From positions 579,333 to 643,332 of the forward strand of contig CAVYIU010000009.1 in assembly GCA_963768665.1 (NCBI GenBank): 64,000 nt of DNA, read 5' to 3'. Source of the DNA: an uncultured Spirochaetota bacterium. GTDB lineage: Bacteria; Spirochaetota; Spirochaetia; SZUA-6; Fen-1364. A model generated the notes under the pieces. It had not been told where the DNA came from and made no database searches. It saw only the letters and a list, made by a program, of their open reading frames with translations. The translations under genes and the position numbers were made by a program. Numbering within the stretch: position 1 is the stretch's first letter; every line of letters begins with the position of its first letter. Shown piece after piece: positions 1 to 9,748 of this stretch.

Positions 1-36
1 GAAGGCCTGAAGAGGTTCACCATCTGGAACAAGTAG
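1..36 (+). CDS. 3' end of an unidentified CDS entering the window (..EGLKRFTIWNK*)
   Basis: Frame 1 is open from the window edge to TAG at 34-36. A strong hairpin terminator follows. Only 11 codons are visible, so no product can be assigned. Confidence 0.3.
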   Translation, partial: EGLKRFTIWNK

Positions 37-58
37 CGCAAGCAGACCCGAGGGCATG

Positions 59-90
59 AAAAACGGCCGGGCGTTCACCCCGGCCGTTTC
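59..90. terminator. Bidirectional Rho-independent terminator between convergent genes
   Basis: Perfect 11-bp stem AAACGGCCGGG (61-71) / CCCGGCCGTTT (79-89) with a 7-nt loop. An A-run lies on the left and a T-run on the right. It sits between the + strand stop (36) and the ppdK stop (111). Confidence 0.75.
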
Positions 91-110
91 AATTCCCGCC
101 CTGGCGCGGC

Positions 111-2762
111 TCAGGCGTTCTTTCGCTCGATCATGATCTGCGCGATTGCCAGCTTTGAAAGCGGCACCTGGTACGGCGAGCAGGACACGTAGTCCAGCCC
201 CGCCTCCATGCAGAAGCGGATGTTTTCCGGGATTGCCCCGTGCTCTCCGCAGAGACCCACCTCGAGGTCCGGCCGCGTCATCCGTCCCCGCTTCACCGCG
301 AGGGCGATCAGCTCACGCACCTGCGGGTTGAGGTACTGGAACGGGTTTCCTTCCAGGAGGTCGAACTGGGTATAGTCGGGCATGAAGGAGTTGAAGTCGT
401 CCCGCGACAGCCCGATGGTGGTCTGGGTCAGGTCGTTCGTCCCGAAGGAGAAGAACTGGGCGTAGCGCGCGAGCTGGTCGGCGCCGAGCGCCGCCGCCGG
501 GAGCTCCACCATGGTCCCGATCTTGTAGGGAGCGGCCTTTGCCTTGAAGCTGTCCCGCACTTCCTTCTCCACGTCGACGAGACCGCGGATGTGCTTGCCT
601 TCGATCTTCTTCCCGTAGATGATGAGCTTCAGCTCGTTCTCATTCATGATGATGGGGATCATGATCTCGGGCTCGACCTTCACCCCTTCCTTCTTCAGGG
701 TGTAGACGGCCTCGAAGATCGCGCGGACCTGCATCTCGTAGATCTCGGGATAGGAGACGGCGATGCGGCAGCCGCGGTGCCCCAGCATGGGGTTGAACTC
801 GTGCATCGCTTCGCTGCGGGCGCGCACGTCCTTCTCGGAGACGCGCGCCGCCCCCTTCTTGCCGGTGTTCAGGTACTTCATGAACTTCTCGAGCTCCTGG
901 TCGTTGTGCGGCAGGAACTCGTGCAGCGGCGCGTCCAGCAGCCGGATGATGACCGGATAGCCCTCCATGATCTTCAGCAGCTTGTAGAAGTCCGCCTTCT
1001 GCATGGGGAGCAGCTTCGCCAGCGCCTTCTTGCGCTCCTCCACCGAGTCGGAGAGCACCATCTCGCGGAAGACGTTGATGCGCTTCTCGTCGAAGAACAT
1101 GTGCTCCGTGCGGACCAGCCCGATGCCCTTGGCGCCGAACTTGCGCGCCAGGGCGGCATCACGCGGCTTGTCGGCGTTGGCGCGGACGTGGAAGCCCGAC
1201 ACGAACTTCTCCACGAGGGCGAGGAAGTCGAGCATGCCCGACTCTTCGGGATCCGGCTCGATGAGCTCCGCCTTGCCGAGGTACATCGACGGCGCGCCGT
1301 AGAACGGGCACGTTCAGCGTGATGTAGTCCCCTTCCTTGATGACCTGGTCTCCCGATCGTGGCGCGGTTGCCCTTGATCTTCATGTCGGGCTTCACCAGG
1401 GAGACTTTCCCGTACTGGCGGGCAACGACCGACGCGTGCGCCGAGTAGCCGCCCTCCGTGGAGAGGACACCCGTGGCGACCTCGATGGCCTTCACGTCCT
1501 CCGCGAACGAGGAGACCAGGCAGAGGATCATCTTCGTGTCCTGCCCCTTCTGCTGGGCGAGCTTGTGCGCCTCCAGGAGGCCTTCCGTGGAGAAGAACAC
1601 CCGTCCGATCGCCGCTCCGGGGGCGCCGGTGATGCCGCCCGTGAGGCACGTCATCCCCTTCACGGAGGTGAAGTCGATGATGGGGTGCAGGATCTCGTTG
1701 AGCTGCCCCGGCTTGATCTGCTTGACGACGTAGGCGTCGTCCACGATCTTGCGCGCGTGCAGGTCCAGGAGCAGGCGGATGTCGGCCTGGGTGGACTTGG
1801 TCATGACCGAGCGCTGGTCGATCAGCCAGAGCCTCTTGTTCTCCACCGTGAAGCGGATGGAGCGGATCTCCTTGAAGTGGTCCTCCACCGTGCGCGCGAT
1901 CTTCTCCAGCTCCGCGTGGTAGTTCTTGGCGATGTTGGCGATGTCGGAGCCGCTCGTTCCGATGGCGTTGAACTTGTTCTGGAAATACTCGCCCTGGATC
2001 TCGCTTGTCACCCGTGACGATGTTGCGGGTGTAGAACTGGCCGTTGAGCGAATCCTTGCCGTAGTTACCGTACACCATGGGCTGGATGAGGAGCGCCGTG
2101 TCTTCCTGGTTCTGGTCGGTGATGGCAGAGCAGGTGGCTGATCCGCTTCAGCGCCATCTCCAGCTGGTCGAAGGGATCCGCGAAGTAGCCGTCCGGGAGC
2201 ATCTGCCTTGTAGCGCGCGACGCTCGCCTTGCGCTTCTTCGCGTCCATCTCGGAGTTCAGCTCCGCGTCCAGCTCCTTGATGGCCTGCTTGAGCGCCTTG
2301 GCCTCCTTGTCCTTGTTCTCCAGCTCCGCGATGGCCATCTCGATCTCGAGGCTGCCGCGCGTGAGGAACTGCTGCTCGTGCCAGCCGAAGTTCTCACCGA
2401 CGTAGTGCGTTGAAACCGCGCGAAGCGTCTTGTCGGTCAGCCCGAAGTTGTGCAGCGTGGGGTAGGATGCGATGACGAGGTTCGGGCTGACGACGATCTT
2501 CACCAGCATCGGGTTGTCCGTCGTCGCCGAAGGTCTTCCCCGTCAGCTTCGCCAGGCGGTCCATCCAGGGCCGCAGGGCGCCCCAGATGTCGAAGTCCTT
2601 GAGATGGGCGGCCACGTCGGCGTCGATGACGAACCCGGGAAGTATCGGCAGGTCAAGGTCGGCAAGCTCCATGGCCAGGCGGCCGCGGATGCCGATCCGC
2701 TCGAGGACCTGCGGCTTCACGTTGGCTTCTCCCTGGTCAAAGAAGTGGATGTTCTTCTTCAT
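111..2762 (-). CDS. ppdK: Pyruvate, phosphate dikinase (full length only after correcting >=4 frameshifts)
   Basis: ORF fragments 2394-2762, 974-2509, 1314-2078 and 111-1286 concatenate to a complete PPDK. Motifs seen: N-terminal MKKNIHFFDQGE, YGNYGKDSLNGQFYTRN, phospho-His swivel TEGGYSAHASVVARQYGK, and C-terminal barrel motifs GLVRTEHMFF, FFSFGTNDLTQ and LCGEHG. Frame changes lie near 2515, 2200, 2010 and 1300. Confidence 0.9.
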
Positions 2763-2785
2763 GCTGTGTCCTTCCCTTTCAGATC

Positions 2786-3876
2786 TCAGAACAGGTTCAG
2801 GATCGCGCCGACCTGCGCCTTGAGGAACGCCTCGAACATGTGGCTGGCGCCCTGCTTGAGGTAGCGCTGCAGCTTCGCCACGTCCTTGATGTCGTCACCG
2901 GCGACGGCAATCATGATGGCGCTGCCGTGCTTCACCTTCCCCCACTTGAACAGGGTATTGATGTCATGGATGCGTTCGCCCTCGTAGAACACGTAGACAT
3001 CCAGCCCGGGGTACTTGGTCGTATAGCTCTGGATGATCTTCTTCCATGCCTCCACGTTCCCGTTGTGGAACAGCTCGTTCGTGACGGGGATGGAGTACAT
3101 GGGCGTCATGCTCTTGGGAGCGCCGGGCGGCGCCGCGGGAGCCCGGGCTGCCGCCGGTGCGGGGGCTGCCGCCGCCGCGGTCGCGGTAGCGGACGGGTAC
3201 ACCGGCAGCGCCGACGCGGACGGCCCGGCAGCCGCCGCGTAATCGATGACCGCCGCCCGGGAGGCGTCGGCCGGCCGCCTTCTTCGTTCCGCGCGCCGCT
3301 GCCGGGGCCGGCGGCGCCGCGGGGGCATGCTTCTTGAACACGAACTGCCCTTGGTGAAGGCGGGAGGCGTCTTCACCTTTCCCTCCCTCGATCAGGGAGA
3401 TGAGGAGGGCGATTCCCTCTTCGTACTTCCTGTCGCCGTCGGTGTCGGCGAAGGCGCCGGCGAACACGGTCACCAGCTCGTTGCGCTTGAGGCTGCGGAC
3501 CACCTCCCAGTGATCCCGGTTCTTCGGGTTGACAACGACCACCCCGAGCTCCGGGTGGAAGTACGTCACCACGACATCGATGGCCTTCCAGCTGCCCACC
3601 GTCGTGGTGAGGCTGTCGAAGTCCTCGAAGTTCTCCGTCGATGTTGTGGGAGCGCGAGGCGTAGTGGTACTTGTCGACGAGGATTGCATTCAAAGTGGGA
3701 AGGACCTGGCGCGGCTCGATGGACTTGTCCGCCAGGCAGTCGCTCAGAGTGTCGGCAATGTTGCGCTTCCCCTCGAAATCCCCGATGACGCGCGAGATGA
3801 ACTTGAAATGGCGCAGCGAACGGTTGAAGCCGTCCCGCGTGGCCAACTCGTCGAAGGCATGGACTTGTTCCGGCAT
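2786..3876 (-). CDS. Conserved hypothetical protein with central Ala/Pro-rich linker (2 frameshifts)
   Basis: Protein-like segments from ORFs 3373-3876 (MPEQVHAFDELATRDGF..), 2964-3689 (..WKAIDVVVTYFHPELGVVVVNPK..) and 2786-3376 (..MYSIPVTNELFHNGNVEAWKKIIQSY..LNLF*) join collinearly. No family was recognised. It lies between ppdK and cfpA. Confidence 0.5.
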
Positions 3877-3911
3877 TTGTTTTCCCCTCTGACCTCACCG
3901 CGCTGGTAAGC

Positions 3912-3952
3912 GCTGAAAATGAAAATGGTGACCCCCGGAGGGGTCACCATTT
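3912..3952 (-). terminator. Rho-independent terminator of cfpA
   Basis: 13-bp perfect stem (3923-3935 / 3940-3952) with CGGA loop. On the minus strand it is followed by TTTTCATTTTCAGC. It lies 28 nt downstream of the cfpA stop. Confidence 0.8.
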
Positions 3953-3979
3953 CATGTCGCCGATAGCTTCAGATTTCTC

Positions 3980-6004
3980 TCAGCCCGACGTCCTGCGAGC
4001 CCTTGCGGGGCCGCCCCCTCCGGAAGCGCCCTTCGCGGGTCGGCCGCGGCGCCGGGGCGCAACGTCAACGACCCCCTGCTCCGCCTTTGCGTCGGCGGCG
4101 GGGACGTTGAGCATGTCGAGGTACTCGGATGACTTCTTGCCTTCCGGGGCCGCGGGCGCATTCTCGTCCGGGACCGTCGTGGCGAAGGACTGGGCGATGT
4201 CCGCCCTGACCGTCGAGCGGCGGCGTGAGAACGATGCGAATGCCGCGTCCTGGAATCCCTTGGACACGCCGTAGAGGAACTCGTTGAGCACGTTGGCCAT
4301 GCCGTCCAGGGTTGCCTTCTTCCTCTTGATGGAGGTGATGTTCACGTCCAGGAGGAGTCCGGGCTGGATGTGGTACGGGTTGATGAGGTACTCGAAACCG
4401 AGGAACTGCTTCTCGAGGAATGCGAGCCGTTCCTCGATGACGCGGCGCTGGATGGGATAGCGGAAACCGTACAGCTTCTGCAGCTGGTCACGCATCAGGA
4501 TGACGCGCTTCTTGATCTCGTCCTTCTCCGCGATGTACGTGCGGTTCATCCGCTCGACGTCGGTGTCGCCGGAGCGGACGAAAGTCACCTCGCTCCAGCT
4601 CTTCTCGATGTCCTCGTACAGCGGGTCACCGGTGCGGGCCTTGATCCTCCGCTTGATCTTCCCCTTGAGCCTCCTGGCGAGGTCGTTGAAGTCCACGACG
4701 CCCTTCATGAACTTCGAGTCCTCGTACACCATCTCCAGGACGTCCCAGAGATGCTGGATCTCGATCTCGAAGCTCTTGGCCTGGACGTCGTAGGACTTGC
4801 GCTCCTCGAGGAGCTGCGCCTGGTCGTAGTACTTCAGGCGGATGGCGTAGCGCTCGTCTGGGAGGTGATCGTAGTCGGTATCCTCGTACTCGCGGAGCAC
4901 CAGCTCGCGGGCGTTCTTGAGGTTCTCCACGTGCTGGTAGCCCATCTTGGAGGTGTCGAGGATGGACGTGATGGAGTTGATGGCCGTGTTGAAACCGCGG
5001 TTGCGGATGTTCTCGAGGTCCATGATCCTCTTCAGGTTCTCACGGATGTTGACGGGGTCATATTCCTCGGGATCGATCTCTGCGCGGAGGCCCTCGATCT
5101 TGTCCATGAGCGCCTTGGCGAAGTAGCTGTACCTCCTGGACCGGGGGTCGTCCTTGTCGTCCGAGGTGAACTTCTCCACCCTCTTCATCTTCTCGAAGAG
5201 GATCTCCCCGTCGCTCAACTCCTCGCGGCCTTCGTCCACGACAGCGTCCTTCAGCTTCTCGATCTCCTTGTCGATCAGGTCCATGATGTTCTTGGAGATC
5301 ATGTCCTTGATCAGGAACTCGACGGTGACCTGGTAGTGGAAGATGGGGCTGATGAGCTCCGAGTCGAGGATGTTCACGGACAGCTTCACGTCCGTGACCG
5401 TCTTCGGCTTGTTGGGGTTGTCCTTGAAGGAGCACTTCACGATGGAGTAGGCGTTCTCACCGCGGATGAACGCACCGACGTCCGTCTTCTGGCGAAGCAG
5501 GGAGTTGGTCACGTTCTCCAGGTCGTTGACGCCCCTCTGGATGTGGCCCTGGAGGTGCCCGTACATGTTGACGATGGATTTCTCGATTTCGCCGGTATTG
5601 AACTTGTCGATGCCGCCGACCTGGTCGAGAAGGGCCGCGATCTCCTTGGGCGTGTAGCGGGCGAGGGACTTCATTTCTTCCTTGTCAATGAAGTTCCTCA
5701 CCTTCTTCACCATTTCGTCTTCCGACGTCACGATGAAGCGGTTGAACATGTTCTGGTAGTTCTGGTTGAAGTAGTTGTAGAGCTTTTCCTTCATACCGCC
5801 CATGATGTCGACTTTTTCAGCGACTTCCTTGGGAAGCTTGGAGGTGATGTGGTTCATGACCTTGTCGACTTCCTCACTCATGAGGAGATCAACTTCGGCC
5901 TGCTGATCCCGGAACTCCTGTGCGAGTGAGTTTCGTGATCCAACGGCGCTCGGCTTTTCCGGATGGAACACATTCGGGCTTTTCGGAAGGTCTATAGCAG
6001 CCAT
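3980..6004 (-). CDS. cfpA: Cytoplasmic filament protein A (spirochaete-specific intermediate-filament-like protein)
   Basis: Intact 674-aa ORF with a charged, coiled-coil-like composition. Its size matches the ~78-kDa CfpA of Treponema, and it sits two genes from ppdK and next to a vWA gene, as recalled for T. pallidum. GGAG RBS upstream. The assignment rests on recollection and synteny, not on an alignment. Confidence 0.7.
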   Translation of the reverse strand: MAAIDLPKSPNVFHPEKPSAVGSRNSLAQEFRDQQAEVDLLMSEEVDKVMNHITSKLPKEVAEKVDIMGGMKEKLYNYFNQNYQNMFNRFIVTSEDEMVKKVRNFIDKEEMKSLARYTPKEIAALLDQVGGIDKFNTGEIEKSIVNMYGHLQGHIQRGVNDLENVTNSLLRQKTDVGAFIRGENAYSIVKCSFKDNPNKPKTVTDVKLSVNILDSELISPIFHYQVTVEFLIKDMISKNIMDLIDKEIEKLKDAVVDEGREELSDGEILFEKMKRVEKFTSDDKDDPRSRRYSYFAKALMDKIEGLRAEIDPEEYDPVNIRENLKRIMDLENIRNRGFNTAINSITSILDTSKMGYQHVENLKNARELVLREYEDTDYDHLPDERYAIRLKYYDQAQLLEERKSYDVQAKSFEIEIQHLWDVLEMVYEDSKFMKGVVDFNDLARRLKGKIKRRIKARTGDPLYEDIEKSWSEVTFVRSGDTDVERMNRTYIAEKDEIKKRVILMRDQLQKLYGFRYPIQRRVIEERLAFLEKQFLGFEYLINPYHIQPGLLLDVNITSIKRKKATLDGMANVLNEFLYGVSKGFQDAAFASFSRRRSTVRADIAQSFATTVPDENAPAAPEGKKSSEYLDMLNVPAADAKAEQGVVDVAPRRRGRPAKGASGGGGPARARRTSG

Positions 6005-6086
6005 GTCAGTCTCCTTTTCTCAGTTTCTTCGGGCTCAGTGAAGCATAAACGCCCATCTCTGTAAAGCACTTTTTTTTCTCTCTTCC

Positions 6087-6115
6087 ATTTTATCCAATTC
6101 TGGTGCATCCTACAA
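6087..6115 (-). promoter_or_regulatory. Candidate sigma70-type promoter for cfpA
   Basis: Minus-strand TTGTAG (6110-6115), 17-nt spacer, TAAAAT (6087-6092), in the AT-rich divergent intergenic region 6005-6143. Confidence 0.35.
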
Positions 6116-6143
6116 GTAATTTATTCCAAAAAGGAGGGGCACC

Positions 6144-7589
6144 ATGAGAGCTTGCCATCGATTTCTCGCCGCCGCCGCCCTCGGCGCGATGCTGGCGCTT
6201 CCGGCCGCCGCGGATGTCCGCAAGGACAATATCGATGTGATCATAGCCTTCGACAAGTCCCTCTCCATGGTTGACAAGGTCAATGCCGTCAGGGACTGGG
6301 TCAACTCCGCGATAGTCGACCAGGTCATCATCCCGGGCGACACCCTCGTTGTCATCACGTTCTACGGCAAGGCCGACACCATCATTTCCCAGGTCATCGC
6401 GTCGGACGCCGACAAGGCGGCGGTAAAAAAGACCATTTCGCGGATCGTCGGAAATGGACATTTCACAGATATAGGCAATGCCCTGGATTCTGTCAAGGCA
6501 GAAATCGCAAAACGCGAGTCAGACGGGCGGGAGAAATACGTGCTCCTGCTTACCGATGGCATCCAGGAAGCTCCCCCGTCGAGCAAGTACTACTCCAAGG
6601 ACGGCTCGTTCAATCACGAGTTCCTCCTCAACACAAAGACGATTCCTGAAAAAGGCTGGAAGATCATGATCCTGGGGCTCGGCACCGGGACGGCCGCCCG
6701 TGAGCTCGCAGGAGAGCTGAAAGGATCGTATGCCGAGGTGCCGGTGAAACCTTCTGCAGGGGACAACGCGTCCGCCGGCACTTCCGCGGGCTCGTCCGGC
6801 CTCTCGGCCAATACCATTGCTGCCACGGCGAATACCCTCTTCTTCGCGACCACCCTGACGGATCCGGTGCGCGTCGCCCCCGTGCGCAAGGACGGATCGA
6901 GCAGTATCAGCCTGTCACTCAAGAGCACGGGTCTCCAGGGAGACGCGAAAGTGATCATAAGCGGAGTGTCGGCCCGTCTCGGGGATAGGACCATCCCGTC
7001 CCTGCTCGCCGCTCCCGTGACCCTCACGCTGAAGAGCAACGCCACGACCTCCGCCGGCTTCGCCGTGAAGTTCCCGCCTGATCTCCCCCGGGGCTCGGAG
7101 TGGGCGACCCTCACCTTCACCTTCGCGTCGCCGACGACGTTTGTCCCCGCTGCCACGGTGACAAGGGTCACGGTCAACGGCGCTCTGCAGAACAACGCGA
7201 TCCTGCTCGGCGCCGGCGTGCTCATTCTCCTTGCGCTGGTGGTCATCGTTCTCGTTATCGTCTGGCGGAGAACGAAGGGAAAACCGGTCCTCTTCGCGCT
7301 CCAGGTGGACGGGGAGACCGTTGGTGGAGGCACCATGGCACTGAAGGCCGGCCGCGAGCTCTATCTCAACGAGACGGCAGGCACGTTCGCTCTCCTTCCC
7401 CGCAAGAATCCGAAATCCTTCGCGCGGTTTTCCGCGCAGGGGGGCCGGCTCGTCCTGACGATCATCAAGCAGGACAGGTTCCCGCGGCTCAAGGATATAC
7501 CTCCCGACGTGCGAGGACGCTCGTTCACGCTGCGCACGGAGAACGGCCGCAGCGTCCCCATGAAGGTGCAGTCGAAGGAAAGGAAATAG
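6144..7589 (+). CDS. Secreted von Willebrand factor A (vWA) domain protein with C-terminal TM anchor and ~105-aa cytoplasmic tail
   Basis: Intact 481-aa ORF with AAGGAGG RBS. Signal peptide MRACHRFLAAAALGAMLALPAAAD. MIDAS DxSxS motif in IIAFDKSLSM and the LLLTDG motif. TM helix ILLGAGVLILLALVVIVLVIVW near residue 360. Confidence 0.8.
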   Translation: MRACHRFLAAAALGAMLALPAAADVRKDNIDVIIAFDKSLSMVDKVNAVRDWVNSAIVDQVIIPGDTLVVITFYGKADTIISQVIASDADKAAVKKTISRIVGNGHFTDIGNALDSVKAEIAKRESDGREKYVLLLTDGIQEAPPSSKYYSKDGSFNHEFLLNTKTIPEKGWKIMILGLGTGTAARELAGELKGSYAEVPVKPSAGDNASAGTSAGSSGLSANTIAATANTLFFATTLTDPVRVAPVRKDGSSSISLSLKSTGLQGDAKVIISGVSARLGDRTIPSLLAAPVTLTLKSNATTSAGFAVKFPPDLPRGSEWATLTFTFASPTTFVPAATVTRVTVNGALQNNAILLGAGVLILLALVVIVLVIVWRRTKGKPVLFALQVDGETVGGGTMALKAGRELYLNETAGTFALLPRKNPKSFARFSAQGGRLVLTIIKQDRFPRLKDIPPDVRGRSFTLRTENGRSVPMKVQSKERK

Positions 7590-7593
7590 AAGG

Positions 7594-8774
7594 CTGAGCG
7601 CGACCGCCGTCTACCTCCTCGACGTGGGACCTGCGCAGGCACTGCCGGGGTTCCCTTCCTCCTATGCATTCTCGCTTCTCCCCTTCTGGGGAGACTACTG
7701 TCTGGCGGATTTCATGCTGGCCAACGTCGGGGCGCGCCCCGAGGTCACCGTCACCGTGGTGTTGGACGAGGTGTCCCGTTCGGCGCAGCAGGTCCTCGCG
7801 GCGCGCTGGAAGAAGTCCTGCGCGCGCATCCACGTCCTCGAGGGCGGCACCGCGGAGCTGGCGCGGCTCATGGCGGCCTCGGGCGCGGCCACCATCGTGC
7901 TCGCGGCGTTGACGAGCGTCTTTGTCGTGGACAGCGGAGTGCTCCTCGATCGCGCGGCCGCGGCGGGCGGGCACCTCGTGAAGTTCTCGGTGGGCAGGAC
8001 TCCCGTGGAGGTGTTCGCCGCGGAGAGGCAGCGCCTCGTCAGCATCCTGGAGGCGGCCGGCTCCGCGGCACCGGCGAAGCCCCGTCCCGCCGCGTGCTCC
8101 TCGACGGCGCCATGCACGCTGCCATCGACCTGCTGGAAGACCTGCCAGGAGTGCTTCTCTTCCAGAACGATCTCATGGACTACTACCAGAACAACATGTG
8201 GCTCCTCGCCAACAGCACCAGCGAACCCTACCATCGCACGGTGGCGCGTCTGCCGGCCTTGAACGACAAGGGGGTGGAATCGCGCATCGCAGAGAAGGGC
8301 TTCGCCAACGGCAGCTGGATCGCGTCGGGGGTCGAGGTCGAGGGGACCGTGGAGAGCTCGGTCCTCTTTCCCAACGTCGTGGTCCGCAGGAATGCGGTCG
8401 TATCGCGGTCCATCGTGCTGAACGGGAACCGCATCGGCGCCGGCGCGGACATCCAGGGGGCGATGATCATGCCGTACGCGGCCGAGGCGCCGCGGTCGGC
8501 CGCCAACATCGGGGAGAACTGCTCGATCGGCGTGCATTCCTCCACCATGAAGAATGTCGACTATCCCGGTCACATCAGGGACGGGCTGGCCGTGGTCGGC
8601 ATGAACGCGGAGGTCCCCAGCGGTTTCAAGGCCGAAGGCGGGAGTTACATCGGACCCGGAACGTCTGCGGCCGTCCTGCGAAAGCTGAAGCTTCTCCGCC
8701 GCGGCACGAGCGTGTTCCCCGGCAGCTCCGGGCAGGACACCGATCGGGCGGGCGCGACGGAGGCCGCGGGATGA
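7594..8774 (+). CDS. Nucleotidyltransferase / left-handed beta-helix protein of the glucose-1-phosphate adenylyltransferase (GlgC/GlgD-like) family (1 frameshift ~8090)
   Basis: ORFs 7624-8262 and 8094-8774 join collinearly. The C-terminal half has hexapeptide-repeat character (VESSVLFPNVVVRRNAVVSRSIVLNGNRIGAGADIQGAMI). The N-terminus looks like a degenerate NTP-transferase fold. The start codon is uncertain (CTG 7594 or GTG 7624). Confidence 0.5.
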
Positions 8775-9748
8775 CCGAGCTGCAGCCCGCCATCGACTTC
8801 GTCACGCGCACCAGCCGCTTCATCATCACGGCGCACGAGACGCCCGACGGGGATGCCATCGGGAGCGAATGCGCCATGGCGGGGGCCCTCCGTTCCCTCG
8901 GCAAGGAGGCGCTCATCTTCAACGCGGACCCGACGCCGCGCAAGTTCGCGTACCTCGACACGACGCGGGCGATCTGCGTGCTCGAATCCCCCGAGCAGCT
9001 GCCCGCGGACATTGCCGAGTACTCCCTCCTCATGCTGGACACGAATGACACGCGCAACATCGGCCAGGTCGCCACGCACGTCCTCCCCCGGGTGAAGGAG
9101 CATTTCATCATCGATCATCACGAGAAGGAGCTCGCGCTCGCCGGGAACTGCATCCTGGTGAACGCCTCCTCCACGTGCGAGATCCTCTACCCTCTCTTTG
9201 TCGCTCTCGGCGCCCGCATCGACTTGGCCGTCGCCCGGGCGCTGTTCACGGGCATCGTCTACGACACGGGCTCCTTCGTGTACCCGAAGACCACGGCGCG
9301 GACTTTCGCCATTGCCCGCGACCTCGTGGAAGCGGGCGTCGAGCCCAACGACGTGTACGCGAGGATCTACGAGAGCAATTCGATCTCGGCGCTCGTGCTG
9401 CAGTCGCGGGTGCTTTCCACCCTCGAGCTTGCGTACGACAACCGCGTGTCGATATTGACAATGAGACGTCAGATGATCATAGATTCCGGCGGAAACTACG
9501 AGGAGGCGGACCAGCTGATCAATATTCCCCTGAGGAGCGAAGACATCCGGGTCTCGGTGTTTTTCAAGGAGAACCTCGACGGACTCCTGCGTTGCTCGCT
9601 GCGGTCGAAGGGGAACATCAACGTCGCTGAAATCGCGCAGGCTTTCGGCGGCGGCGGACACCGCACCGCTGCCGGTTTCAAGTGCCGTGACTCGCTGGAG
9701 TCCACCCGCGCGTTCATTCTCGAGAAACTGAGGTCACAACTCACGTGA
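8771..9748 (+). CDS. nrnA: DHH/DHHA1 family phosphoesterase (NrnA-like oligoribonuclease / pAp phosphatase)
   Basis: Intact reading from ATG 8771 (MTELQPAIDF..). Motifs: HETPDGDAIGS, FIIDHHEKE (DHH) and FGGGGHRTAAGF (DHHA1 GGGH). Confidence 0.85.
   Translation: MTELQPAIDFVTRTSRFIITAHETPDGDAIGSECAMAGALRSLGKEALIFNADPTPRKFAYLDTTRAICVLESPEQLPADIAEYSLLMLDTNDTRNIGQVATHVLPRVKEHFIIDHHEKELALAGNCILVNASSTCEILYPLFVALGARIDLAVARALFTGIVYDTGSFVYPKTTARTFAIARDLVEAGVEPNDVYARIYESNSISALVLQSRVLSTLELAYDNRVSILTMRRQMIIDSGGNYEEADQLINIPLRSEDIRVSVFFKENLDGLLRCSLRSKGNINVAEIAQAFGGGGHRTAAGFKCRDSLESTRAFILEKLRSQLT

Noticed and set aside
240-1322. Long antisense ORFs opposite real genes, such as 240-1322 (+), 4370-5929 (+), 16706-18823 (+), 27406-28788 (+), 47358-49931 (+) and 58752-60077 (+).
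   Set aside because: Their products are Arg/Gly/Ala/Pro/Leu-rich with no motifs. Each lies exactly opposite a gene with unmistakable conserved motifs (ppdK, cfpA, atpB, uvrA, PBP1A). They are the usual stop-poor shadow frames of GC-rich DNA.
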